DNA of 64,000 nt from Vermamoeba vermiformis (lineage: Eukaryota): assembly GCA_045837725.1 (NCBI GenBank), contig JBEWZL010000232.1, positions 248,001 to 312,000 of the forward strand, read 5' to 3'. Under the pieces are notes generated by a model. The model was not told where the DNA came from. It was given only the letters and a program-made list of their open reading frames with translations, and did not search any database. The first letter of the stretch is position 1. Each line of letters begins with the position of its first letter. Both the position numbers and the translations under genes were made by a program. Positions 1-11,864 of this stretch are shown piece by piece.

Positions 1-557
1 AGGCACGTGTCGGGCGAGATCAGTGAGCAGCACGTGACCGCCCAATGTACCGAGCAGCAGCGGCAGTGTGAAGTGTGGTGGCACTGTGCCACGCAGCACG
101 AGGAGCGCGGTGATCACGTGATTGAACTGCACCTGCGTCACCACACTGCCCGTGCGCACATCGATCAGGTACAGTGTGCTGTGTGTGTGCGAGTCTGGCA
201 CGCGCGCACTAACGAGCAAGTATTTGCGGTGCTGGATGTGCACTTCAGCGGTGGTGTTGATCTCCTGTTGTGCGAGGTGAGGACTAGAGCTGTGGGATTT
301 TTAATAATTACCATTAATTCATCGTCATCATTCTTGAACGATATTAAGTGTGTTCGCTTGAATATAGACAGATTGAAAATTTGTAGATAATTTTTGGAGC
401 AAATCCAGGCAATGGTGCCGTCCTGCGCGAATGAGCCACGCAATAACTCCTGTCCCCTCTGCTGCTTATTATTGACTACGGAGGCATCGAATCCAATTGC
501 TGGATAGAGCTCATGGTGCGCTATGCTCGGTGTTGCAAAAGAAGATCCGATCTGCAT
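1..557 (-). CDS. ELYS/AHCTF1-like nucleoporin, N-terminal beta-propeller region (5' part; runs off window start)
   Basis: ATG at 557. Exon 1 has LRGSFAQDGTIAWICSKNYLQIFNLSIFKRTHLISF. After a short GT-AG intron (~266-311) the frame continues STLYLIDVRTGSVVTQVQFNHVITALL...LLLGTLGGHVLLTDL. Both segments recall the vertebrate ELYS N-terminus (recalled, not aligned). Confidence 0.65.
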
Positions 558-789
558 TGATTGATAGTGTAATTTAACGCTGCTATCTACAACATGCAGT
601 TATATAGGTAATATAAATATATACACTAGTGCTCAATCATACAACTGAGCAACACTAAATCAACAACAAAGAAAAAGGCGCGACTTTTTTTCGCGTGTGT
701 CAGATCTGAGAATCGATCAACCACAGTGACGTCATCGAGTCAATGGGGCTATATACAGTCGCATTTATTCTATGTACATCCGTATCGCA

Positions 790-1490
790 TCACTCGCTGT
801 CAGAGCCGTAGCCGAGCAGCGCACTGAGTCCAGATCCACTCGTCTCGCTCTCCGCACTCACTGCTGCACCGCTCTGCTCTTCAATCTTGCTGCGCTTGGC
901 TGCAGGTAGGGGTGAGTCATCATCATCGTTATTGTCCTCATCACGCTCCTTGCGCTTGTCCCCACTGTGCTCCGTCTTGGGCCGCACTCGCAGCACAGGC
1001 TTGGTGTCCTTGCTCTTATTGTTCTTATTCTTGGGCTTGGCGACGAGTGTGAGCACACTGGCAGTGTCGGGCTGATAGTGGAGCGACTGCACTTGTTGTT
1101 GAAAGGCTGCGGTCTCGCGGTCCACTTGCTTGGCGATCTGCTTCTGTTTGCGCTGCAGTTCAATGAAGAACATGTACTCCTCTTCGCTGATGGCACTCGG
1201 TCCTCCTGCGGGGGGGGCGGTGAGTGGATGTGGCGTGGATCAACCGCACACAATTATCACTGGACACATAACTGTGTAGCTTATAATATATATATACAGC
1301 ACTACGTACCAGCAGTGACGCGCTCAGTGTCGAATTGGATCTGCTTCTCTTTGTTGTCTTTGAGGCGTTCATACAAACTCTTGCCGTCCTCTGCGAAGCG
1401 TGGGGGCTCGGGATTGCTCGCCTCATCGCGCCGATTATTATTGCTATTATATGAGGGCTTGCTAGTGCTGCCTTCTGACACGAACTGCAT
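790..1490 (-). CDS. NIP30/FAM192A (PSME3IP1)-like protein
   Basis: Exons 1490-1310 and 1205-790 with GT-AG intron 1206-1309. Motif KSLYERLKDNKEKQ...AISEEEYMFFIE; C-terminus SALLGYGSDSE. Confidence 0.7.
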
Positions 1491-1640
1491 TGCTGTAGAT
1501 GTGTTCGGTGCGAATGAGAAATGACAATAACACTTTGCAACCAGTCGATTGAGCACCACGCACGGTGCCATGTGCTCGCAGTAGATTTGTACTATATATA
1601 TACCTCATATAACGCCAAATACGACATGACCAACTGAGTC

Positions 1641-3603
1641 ATGTACACATCCAGCCCACGCGTGTTATTATTATTGGCGAGTCTATGCGCGCTGTGCATC
1701 ACGCATGGCACATGTATATATTTATCGCGCGATATAGACCTCGCTGCAGCACCATTTGTCGATCTATTCACGTTTGGTTTTCAACAAGGCGGTGGGATCG
1801 AGCTGCGTCTCATCATCAAAGAACTACAACTCTATAACAATACTCCTATTTATTTTTATATATGCGAACACGACAAGTTCACTGCGGTATGTATTCGACG
1901 CGATCGCAAATAATTGAAATTGAATAATAATTTATTTTCAATTTTAAAATATTGTAATTAAACGCAACGACCATTAACTCAGTTATATGAAGATATCCGA
2001 GTCTAAGACTAGCACACAAGCACTGTGCAAGGCGCAATCAGAGTTCGGATCGTGTTTCGCAGCGCTCAATGTGCTGTCTCTGGCTGCGTGGGAGAGAGAT
2101 GACGAACTCGAGTATAGGACCTCGCTGATTATAGCCGAGCAGGGCATCTATCACTTTGTCGTCACCAACTGTCTCAGCCACACCGCAGCGCTGTCGTTGC
2201 AAGTGCATCTGCTCAATCCCAACAGCGAGCTCTCCACCCTCCAGTACGCAGAGCCATTCATAGCAGGCAGTGCGGCGCTCTTCTGGCTCGTGCTGCTGCT
2301 CGTGCTCGCCTACAATCTCACCCTCACCAGTCGCTACACGGACTGCAGATCTGCCCGTGCGCGCTACAAGCAACACCACGTGATCAAGCAGGTACGTGAT
2401 TGGTCCGCACGCGCGCCATTCATGAACGCACTAACGCGAGACTGCAGTGCGGAAAATTCTTCCGTCACGTGCGCGGACTGTGCTGCTTCGGCTACCGACC
2501 CACTGCGCGCCAAACACGCCAGCTGTACCTCAAGCGCAAGCACTCGTTTGCGATTGGCTGGCTGCTCACCTTCAATCTTACCAAATTAGGCTATCTTATC
2601 ACGTGCACTGTCGCGTGGGTACTCATGCACGTGACTGGACAGAGCTATCTCGTCAACGGAGATTTCAGCAAGCCCCTCGCGCAGTGGACGGTGATTGACA
2701 CGTGTCTAGTGGCGAGTCACGTGCTCAGCAACACGTGCTTCTACGTGCTATTAATAGCCCTCACCAGCGGACTCTACTTCACCACCGAGTTCAACTGGCG
2801 CGAGGCGAGATCGGTGCTCGCGGTGGCACTGGTGTACGCGCTGGTCCGCTCAGCCCTGATCGATATACCGCTGGCACGTGCCGTGGTGTTCGTGGTGACG
2901 TTCAAGCTGGTGACTTCCTATTTAGGACACAACATTCGCGCGCTCAAAGTGCAGCTGAGTGCACTGCACGAGCACGGTGGTGGTGGCGTGGAGTCAACGC
3001 GCACCTACTTCAAGTACCAGCTGCTCAAGTACGTACTGCGTGTCTCGGTGTGTGCTGACCACTTGCCTTATTTAGAAGTGTGCACACGGTGCTGATCACC
3101 TACGTGTTCCTCACACTGCTCACCTCCGTGGTGGTGCTCTACTTCCTCGCCAACTACCGCTGGATTGACTCGCTGCTCACGGCACTCTGGGAGCTATTTT
3201 TAGTCGCTGCACTCGCGTACGTACTCACTTGCCTAATTAGGCAATGCACTCACCCCCGCACAGGTACATCTACGCGCAGTACATTCGACGCCGTCGTCGT
3301 GTGCGCGCACGTGTTGCGAGCACTGAGCACGTGACACACGAGGCCCTGGTCGATGAACAGGACGAGGCCCTGGTAGAGATGACTGAACTGCGACCCCTCA
3401 CGCGCGACACCACTGGCACCCCGCAGACTGAACCGAGTGCCACCCCGCGCAGTCCCCGAGCTATAAATAGCGCGCGCTGGCCCGTGATGTTGGTGCTGCA
3501 ATCTCCGCCTGTATCTCGCGGGGGGGAGTGCGCCCCTCTGATACAGTACTGCGTGCGCGAGGGCGACGAGCACCTGTTGGAAGTGGAGCAGGAGGAGGAG
3601 TGA
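1641..3603 (+). CDS. GPR107/GPR108-like (lung seven-TM/GOST family) membrane protein
   Basis: Signal peptide, luminal domain (FTFGFQQGGGIEL, GIYHFVVTNC, LLNPNSELS), then several hydrophobic helices spread over ORFs 1987-2589, 2400-3095, 3080-3334 and 3244-3603 joined by short introns. Confidence 0.6.
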
Positions 3604-3713
3604 AGGTCATAGATGTGTATATAGCGAGAATACGGAATTAAATTCAATCACTCTTGTACATAACTCTGCGGATCTGACTAAATATGTATATTTAATAACA
3701 GAGGTGGCAGCAG

Positions 3714-4893
3714 CTACTTCTTGTTGAGGTGATTGCTGTCGTGCAAGTACTTGAACACGGAGCCAAAGTCGAGCGAGGCATAGCCCTGCTGTTGCGACAA
3801 GAGCGTGTACACTTGTGCCGCCACAGAGCCGAGGGGCAGCGGTGTCTTGCTCTCAATAGCGGCATTGAGTGCGAGATTGAGGTCCTTGGCCATCAGGGGC
3901 ACACCAAATCCACCCTTGTAGTCGTTGGATGCAGGCACGCCAGGCACCACACCGGGCACGGGATTGTACACCTCGCTGGACCAGCATCGACCTGAGCTCG
4001 AGTTGACTATCGCCGCCAGTACTTGCGGTGCAATGCCGAGTCGCATGCCGAGATTGAATGCCTCGCTCACACCAATCATGCTGATGCCGAGCAGCAAGTT
4101 GTTGCAGATCTTGGCCACTTGACCCGTGCCATTCGCGCCGCAGTGCACAATGTTCTTGCCCATGCTCTCCAACAAGGGTCGTGCTTGCGTGAAGGCCTTC
4201 TCCTCGCCTCCCACCATGAAAGTCAGCGTGCCTTTCTCCGCGCCACCCACGCCACCTGAGATCGGGGCATCGATCATTTCACCGCGTCCTGCGCGCACAA
4301 TCTCCTCGCGAACCTGCTTGGCAACTGTGGGGTCAATGGTGGAGGCGTCAATGAAGAGCAGTGGCTTGTCACGTGATTTGCTGCCACTGAGCACGGATTT
4401 GGGTCCGTCGATCAGCACAGATTTGACGTGTTGAGAGGCAGGCAACACGGAGACTACAGCCCATATGTCCTTGTGCGCACCTACAGCAGCAGGTTCACTC
4501 ACGCACTGCACAGCACTGCCGTACTCAGCCTGCAGCTTGGCAGTGGCGTTCTGATCGAGATCGTGCACCACCACACCGCGGCCAGACTTGAGTACATTGC
4601 GCACCATGCGACTGCCCATCTGTCCGAGGCCAATGAATCCGACCCACTCTTTGGGGGCTGCAAGGGCAACATTAGCTAAGTTATTTAACGGACACTCCAT
4701 ATTCAATGGCGTCTAATGTCCTTATTTAGAATTCATCTATTATATTTATGCAGGACTATTAATTAATGCAGTGGTCACTGGTGCAGTGAGTCTATATAGA
4801 GTGAATAATCAGACTGCTTAACTCACCAGTAGTATAGCCGCGAGTGTTGCGTGCACGCGATTGTACGACACGTTTGAATATGAGACTCGCCAT
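3714..4893 (-). CDS. HIBADH: 3-hydroxyisobutyrate dehydrogenase, mitochondrial
   Basis: GFIGLGQMG, DAPISGGVGGA, KICNN, SSGRCWSS and FGVPLMAKDL motifs. Presequence exon 4893-4827 (MASLIFKRVVQSRARNTRGYTT) splices in frame. Confidence 0.93.
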
Positions 4894-5042
4894 TGTGTGT
4901 ATTATATTAAATTAATTATTATTGGGGGACTGTTGTGCGCGAGTGCAGTGTTGAATAAAATATCTGCAATTATTTCACAGCGAGCAGTCCGAGCACCAGA
5001 ACAGCACCCTGCATATACACGCACTGCCTATACTACTAGACC

Positions 5043-5986
5043 ATGTTCGTGCCTAATCTCCCCAGTGTCGCTAAGCGGAAGCGCGCAGTGGACGAGCACG
5101 AGCACGAAGAGCACAGCCCCACCAAGCTGTTGCCGCGACGTGACTCGATCTTGAAGACTGAAGTGAAGCCGAGTGTGACGGCGAATATAGAGCACGAGGA
5201 TCAAGAGCTGAGTGGCGATGAAGAGCCTGAAGAACAACAGCGCATCTCGATCCGGGATTTAATGAAGAATACGCGTGCTGGCAAGCCCACCAAGGCTGCA
5301 TTAGAACGCATTGTATGCACCGAAAATAATAACGTTATTATTAATTACGCATAATAACAATTAATGTGCAGGAGAAACGCAAACTGGAGCGACAAAAGAA
5401 AAAAGAAACAAAAAAGCAATCCGACGAAGAACAAAGTGCTGAAGAGCCGAGTGTAGCATCGAATAAGAGTGCTGGAGTGAAGATTGAAGCCCCTCAGCAA
5501 GAAGAGCAGCATTCTGCAGCGTTTGCACCTTCAGTTCAGATCGTCGACGGCAAGATCGTTATCAACCCTGACAGTTTGACGGTGTTAACAACGCAGGTCG
5601 GTATTGATCAACTGAACGATGTGTCCAAGTGGCAAGTAGTGCCTGATGAGCAGCGCTACATCACTTCAGCCTCTTACCGCACACGCACTCCATCCGAGAA
5701 GTGGAGTGACGCCGAGACGACGCAATTCTACAACGCATTGCGCCAGTGCGGCACTGACTTCTCGCTCATTGAGAAGTTCTTTCCCACACGCACGCGACGT
5801 CAAATACGCAACAAGTTTAAGAAAGAAGAGCGCGACAGTCCACACCGCATTGATTATGCCTTGAAGCACAAACTGCCTCTCGATGTGAAGATGTTTCAAC
5901 GCATGGCTGGCCTCGATGAAGAGGAGGAGCAGCCCAGCACTGCACAAGTGACAAATGCGGAGAACAATAACAACAATAATAAATAA
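5043..5986 (+). CDS. BDP1: TFIIIB subunit B''/BDP1
   Basis: APSVQIVDGKIVINPDSL and SANT domain EKWSDAETTQFYNALRQCGTDFSLIEKFFPTRTRRQIRNKFKKEER; one intron at ~5313-5371. Confidence 0.9.
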
Positions 5987-6129
5987 CACTGTACAGAACG
6001 TTGATGTTGCGGAATAAACTGTAAATAGAACTAACTAATCACTCCTTAACACAGTACTAAGAGTAAATTAGCACAAGCATTATAAGAGGGATATTTTGGA
6101 GAATCAGGCTGGATTGGTAGTGAGAAGAG

Positions 6130-7310
6130 GGGCGGACGTCCCGTCCGGCAAAAATTGGACGTCCGCCACGGACCGCGCGTCCGCTGACCATACATCATAG
6201 TTTAAGCATATCCCTTCATTATATAACAAGGTTTGCCACCAGCTGGACAAAGTTACAACATAAAAAAGTATGAATGATTCAAAAATTTTTGCATAGCTAG
6301 GTGACAATGGATTGTAGCCAAAGTTCAGGGTTGCATAAAATACGTATAGTTGTGTTGTACCAAACATGTGCTGGTGGGTGGGTTCATACTTAATGCCGAA
6401 AATTTACAAATTGCTGTTATTACAATATCTTTTATGATTACATATTTTCTTGTTATATAGTGATAGGTCTAGGTATTTCCAAAGTTTAAATGATATTGCA
6501 GCCAATAGAACAAAGTTCTAGACTTAAGTTCTTTGCAGAACATTGCCTTTTCGGCCTCTGGCGTTTAGCCCAAAGTGTCCTGATGCCAAAGTAGTCTTCT
6601 TGGATCCACTGATGCTAATGGCAGAGTTTGGTATAAGTTGGTTAATTACTACATCAGCGGACACAGCAACCCCGGACGGCGCAATGTCCACGGACGGACG
6701 AAAAAGTTTTGCGGACAGGCGTCAACAAAGCATGCCTGATATCAAGTTTCACCGCTGATACACAGTGGATTAGGTCATCCTCCCATGAAGTGTGATGGGG
6801 AAACAGGAATGAATAAGGAGCTGAAAATATGAAGGCTGACAGCCTTGCCCATAAGATGTCTGCAATCACTTGCTTGGTACCTTTACTGGTACTTACCGAT
6901 TTGAAGTAGGGAGAGGTTGAAGGTGTCAGGCGAAATTGACACTAACAAATTAGTGTATGAGATTGTGAAGGTCAATTCAGTCCATGCTCTGTGTGATTGC
7001 TAATCACCGTGGTGGGACCTCCGAGAACTGGACGTATGTGATGTCAGTGCACACTGAATCCATAATTTCGTCTTGTTATAGTCCAAACATGTGTGGATGG
7101 ATAGGATCTGCTAATGGGAACTAACTGCTGTCGTGGTCCTAGGCCCATTTCAACTTGCATCAGCAGCACAGCAATTCTGCTTTGAAGTTCTTTGCAGAAC
7201 TTGCCATTTTTAGCCTCCAACACTTAGCCCAAAGCTGCCGCAAACTGTGTATGGGTTCACCAGTGCTCATGGCAAAGTTTGGTATAAGTTGGTCATTAAC
7301 ATCAGAAGGT
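6130..7310. repeat. Decayed repeat or possible transposon remnant (imperfect inverted repeats plus degenerate direct duplication)
   Basis: 6135-6187 is an imperfect reverse complement of 6654-6723. Shared blocks: CCAAACATGTG (6360/7083), AAGTTCTTTGCAGAAC (6526/7185), AGTTTGGTATAAGTTGGT (6625/7276). No convincing gene lies in 6000-7900. Confidence 0.5.
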
Positions 7311-7934
7311 GTGCTACACACAATTTTGCCAGACAGGACCCTGCCTCAAGGCATATGAAGCTACCTGTACCTTGTACTGTCTATGAAGACCTTTTCCAAT
7401 CTCTTCTTGGTAGTGGGGCTTGCCAGCGATGAGTGTCACGGCATTCTGTGCTTTTGCAGTGAACACTTCAAAGTGCAGTAATCTCCCTTAACAATCCCTG
7501 GATGACGAAACTACTGGATGTCCCCTTTGGGACTCTGGGTTGCTACAATGGTCAGAGTGCCCAGCTTCCTTTTCTGTCTGGCAATAGGCAGATAACCTCC
7601 AACAACTGGCGACTTAGCCACTGGACTGGTCGCCCTGTATCTCCAGTATGCTCTAGTAAGTCAGTGGCACAAATGGATTGCAATGAGAAAGTCCTGTTTC
7701 GAAAAATGTGAAGTCATGGATGTTGTGTGCCAGGCAATTGCAAACTCTCGAACTGTAGAAGTTAACGTCAACTCAGCAGTATTACATGGTGCTATTACAA
7801 ATTACGTGCACAAAGTTCAAAAAGCGTCTTGTGTGAGGCTACAAGGCATCTTTGTATGCTCTGAATTATCTTCCAGTGAATTTAGTACTTTTTATTCAAT
7901 ATGACTTCACTGATTATGTTACATTATTTACAGA

Positions 7935-10900
7935 TTATTTAGTTTTCAATTTCTTGCGAATGCTGTTGCGCACACTGATCGTGGACTTCTTTCTCTTCTT
8001 GCTGTTGGGCTCTGTCTCTCCAGCCAACAAATCTCCGCCAAACTTGAGGCGCTCCTTCTCATCGCGCTTTTCAATACGACGTGTGAGCTCATTTTGAATG
8101 GCGTCCAAGAGCTCAGCTTGAATCTTGTACGAGGTGATGTGCTCGGTGTCTGGTGTGATGTACTTGAGGTAGTCGCGCGTCACATCCACCGTGTAGCCGT
8201 GCTCGGTCAAGAAGCTGCGTCGCTTGGCTGCGTAATCAATCTCCTCCGTGTTGGCCGTCACCAGCGAGTAGAAGTAGGCGCGGATCTTGCGCTCTTGAGG
8301 ACGCTGCACACGACCAATGCGCTGTCCCTCTTGCATGCGCGATCCGTCCATGAGTGCCACTTGAATGACCACATCAGCCTCAGGCAAGTCAATCGAGTGA
8401 TCGCCCACACGCGAGAACAGCACGCAGTCCCCGCCCTTGGTGGTGCGGAAGTTCTCCAAGATCTTCTGTCGCTCTTCGTTGGGTGTGTCACCGTCAATCT
8501 TGGGCTTGCGCAACATGTGCGTGTACCACTCGAGACCGAACAAGTTGTCGCAGAACACCATGATCTTGTGATTCTTCTCCAAGTGCTGCTTGATCAGGGT
8601 GTGACACACGCGCGTCTTGTTCGGATTGGTCGCGTACATGAGTCGCTTCTCTTCCAGGCCACTCGCGGAATAATAGGCCTGATTGAACTCGGGTGTGAGG
8701 GGCACGTGCATCTCCAAGCACTGCACGTAGGCGATGTGACCGCGCATGCGCAGCGTGAAGATGTCGAGCTCAAAGATCTTGGGTCCCACCAAATAAGGCA
8801 AGTCCGAGATGAGCGTGTCCTCGCGCACCATGGTGGCAGTGAGTCCGAGCTTGACGTGACAGCGGATCGAGTTGGTCACTTGACGGATGTTGTTCGCAGG
8901 GGCCAAGTGCACCTCGTCCAAGATGAGCAGACCCCACTCGCGCGTCTTGCACTTGGCGATCATATTCAGCGCACTCTCGGAACGGCGCGAGGAGGTGTTG
9001 AACATGCCGTAGGTGGTGATGATGATCGGTGCGCGTGGATTCCACTCGTGACTGTAATCGGAGGTGAATCGACTCACGTGCTTGTCGCTGGGCAGGGTGG
9101 TCCAGCGCAGATACTGCTCCTTCCACTGATTCACACTCAGAATGGACTGGCAGAAGATGATCGTCGGCTTCTTGAGGGCCGCGGTGACGGTGATGCCGAC
9201 CAGTGTCTTGCCCGCACCGCACGGCAGCACCAGCACACCCGAGTGACAGCCCAAGCGACCAGTGGGCACCAAGGGCACATCGGAGCTATTTTTAGCCTCG
9301 CCGTCAGTGTCGAGTGAGCCCGCACGACTGGACATGATGGGCCAGAACAGCTTGAAGCCCGAGATGGTCTGATAGTCGCGCACGCGTGTGGTGCGTTTGA
9401 GATCGATGCTGATGTTCTCGCCCGTGTGCGTGGCAAAGTCGAACTCGTCCACCACGGGATAGCCGAACTGCGCGCAGAACTTCTTGATCTGCTCGGGCTG
9501 ATGCTCGTGCACTTCAAAGCTGTAGTGCAGTTCATTGCCGTTGAGGGTGAGCTGGTAGATCTGCTCGGGCTGGATGACGAGGGCGCGGATGGGCGGGTGC
9601 GACAAGAGGTGCAGCAAGACCTGCTTGTCCGTGCTCTGAATGTAGTACTTGTTGTCGCGCAGCACCATCACTGCCTTGTAGTAGTGTATGTACTCCTCCT
9701 CGCGCAGAATCAGCTGCAGCATGTTGGAGGGCATGGGATTCTGCGCCAGCACGCGGAACAAGCGAATGATCTGCTGCGCGCGATAGCCCTTCTTGTAGGC
9801 CACGTACAGACTGTGGCGCGTCATCACGTACTTGAAGGCCTTGATCGAGACTATCGTGTCAAAGTCCGCGACTGCATCCAAGAGCTCTTTGGCGAGTTGA
9901 AAGCCGCGCTGCAGCGTGAATTCATTGAGCTCGGTGATGCACTGCAGATATATGTCGCACTCCACACCGAACAGAATCGGCTGCGGATTGAAGGGTGTCT
10001 TGATCTCGTCCTCCTCCACCGTGATCTCTTCGGTGGCACTGCGCGACAGCACCGTCGTGTTCGCGCTGCTATTATTAGCACTGCCCGCACTCAGCACTGC
10101 ACCGGGCTCAATCAGCAGACTGGGCTTCTTGTTCGGCTTGGTGGCACCAGTGCGCGCAGGGCCAGTGCCAGCACGTGACAGCGGTTGTTTGCGCGTCTTG
10201 TCGTCCGCACTCGTGGCCTGGCTCGGCTCGGGCACGGGGGTCGCGCTCTGTGTTTGCAACAATTCGTTCAGCTGTTCGCGCAACGGCTGCAACTCTTTGT
10301 CCACCAGGGCCAGCAGTCGCTTGGTGTTTTCTATTTTCAGCGTGTTGTCCACGTGCTCCAATGCACTCTTGCAATATTTGCAGGCATAGCCATTGGGATG
10401 GCGACTGTCCAGCAGAGAGTCAATGTCAATCGAGCGGAATTTGACCTGACAGGTGGGACAATAGAGGATCTGGCCCTTGAGGTCCTCGAGCTCCGTATTG
10501 AGCACGGTGGTCATCATCATCACGCGGTACCGAATCACGTCCAGTGTCTCGTCCAGATCCAGCGTCCACGTGTTGAAGGTGCGCGCACTCGCGGTCACAC
10601 CTTTCTGCTCGCACAGGGTGCGTCTGAGCAGCTGATGATTGAGCAGTCGCGTGAGTATGATGCCGATCTGCTTCGGTGTCAGCAGCAGCATCTTGCTCAG
10701 ATCTGACTCGCGGTACACTTTCTGTTCCAGGAAACAGCTCAGCAACAGCGCCACTTCGTCGTCGTAGAACCAGTGTGCCACCAGCTTGAGCAGATCCGCG
10801 ACTTTATCGAACTGTTCGGGATTGGCCTCGATGTTGTGGTACATGTACTGCTTCTTCTTCTTGTTCGGATCTGACTCGCCCTCCGCACCCTCGCCGGCAC

Positions 10901-11734
10901 TCTCTTCAATCTTGAGCACGTGATTGCTCTCCTTGCCGTCGCTCGTCACGTTGTTGAACAGCTGCACCTGTCGCGCCAGTGCCTCGAGCTGCGAGTTGTA
11001 CTTGCTGCGCTTGACACGTGTCTTGCGCGCACTCTTCTTGTCCTCGGCACGCGCACTCGACTCCACGCGATTCACGGCCAGTTGACTCGCGGGTATGCCC
11101 TTGCGCTTCAACACATTGCGCAGCTCAGACAGCTCCACGCGCTTCACATCGCCCCACACCTTCTTGAGCTCGTCGGGCAGGGTCCACATCTGAACTTCGC
11201 GCGTCTGAGGCTCGGGGAATATGACTTCGTGCTTGCTGGAACTGTGCACTATAATCAAAATCTTGTGCTGTTTGTATAGGGCCTGCACAATACGGGTTAA
11301 TAAACGAATTAAATGTTGTTATTTGACACTCAAGGGCAAATCTGAGAAAAAGAACAACTAATTCTTGAATATTTGCAAGTGACGTAATAGTGCGAGGTAC
11401 AATGCAAATATGTATTCGGAGAATTAATTACCTCAATATCGTCCTTAATAGTCACGTAGGAGGACAACACTTTGTCATCGAGCACAAGAGGTTTTTCTTC
11501 AATGTATTTTAATATATCCTCTTTGTTGTTAACAGTACTCTCAAATTTATATGAGAACTTCTTCTCCGTGGCATCGAAATTTAAATATTCATTTTTTTTG
11601 AGTAATTCCAGCAAATCAGGAGTGATCTTGACTTTGGCTTCGAGCTCTAATTCAGGGAGCGTGAACCATTTGCGACTCTTTTTGAGTACATTGACAACAA
11701 ACACTTGAGCGGTGGCATTTGATGGTTGGCTCAT
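7935..11734 (-). CDS. TFIIE-beta / TFIIE-alpha / XPB(Ssl2)-like helicase fusion protein (~1216 aa)
   Basis: Exon 1 11734-11432 (101 codons), phase-0 GT-AG intron 11431-11283, exon 2 11282-7935. Beta-like: LLKKNEYL..KKFSYKFESTVNNKEDILKYI..LPDELKKVWGDVK..VLKRKGI. Alpha-like: LLKLVAHWFY..RESDLSKMLLLTPKQI..LDVIRYRV..CPTC..CKYC. XPB-like: HSLYVAYKKG, LPCGAGKT, DEVH, LGLTATMVRED, QEGQRIGR. Confidence 0.85.
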
Positions 11735-11864
11735 ATGTGGTGTTGTTCTCTAAAGTATTGAGCGAATGACTGGTAGCAGTGCGCTGTATTTATTTATTTC
11801 TGCACGCGCAACTAGTTGGCAACTATTCTCATGCTGGAGTGAGCGACACATTATCTGCAGAGTC

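Noticed and set aside
8094-10706. Long plus-strand ORFs opposite the fusion gene, and similar antisense ORFs over CTR9, ALDH and HIBADH
   Set aside because: Shadow ORFs from GC-rich codon usage, with no recognisable motifs.
11330-11734. Stand-alone 134-aa TFIIE-beta-like ORF as given in the ORF track
   Set aside because: Its last 33 codons read into an AT-rich intron; a phase-0 GT-AG splice joins it to the rest of the TFIIE-beta-like sequence in the long ORF.
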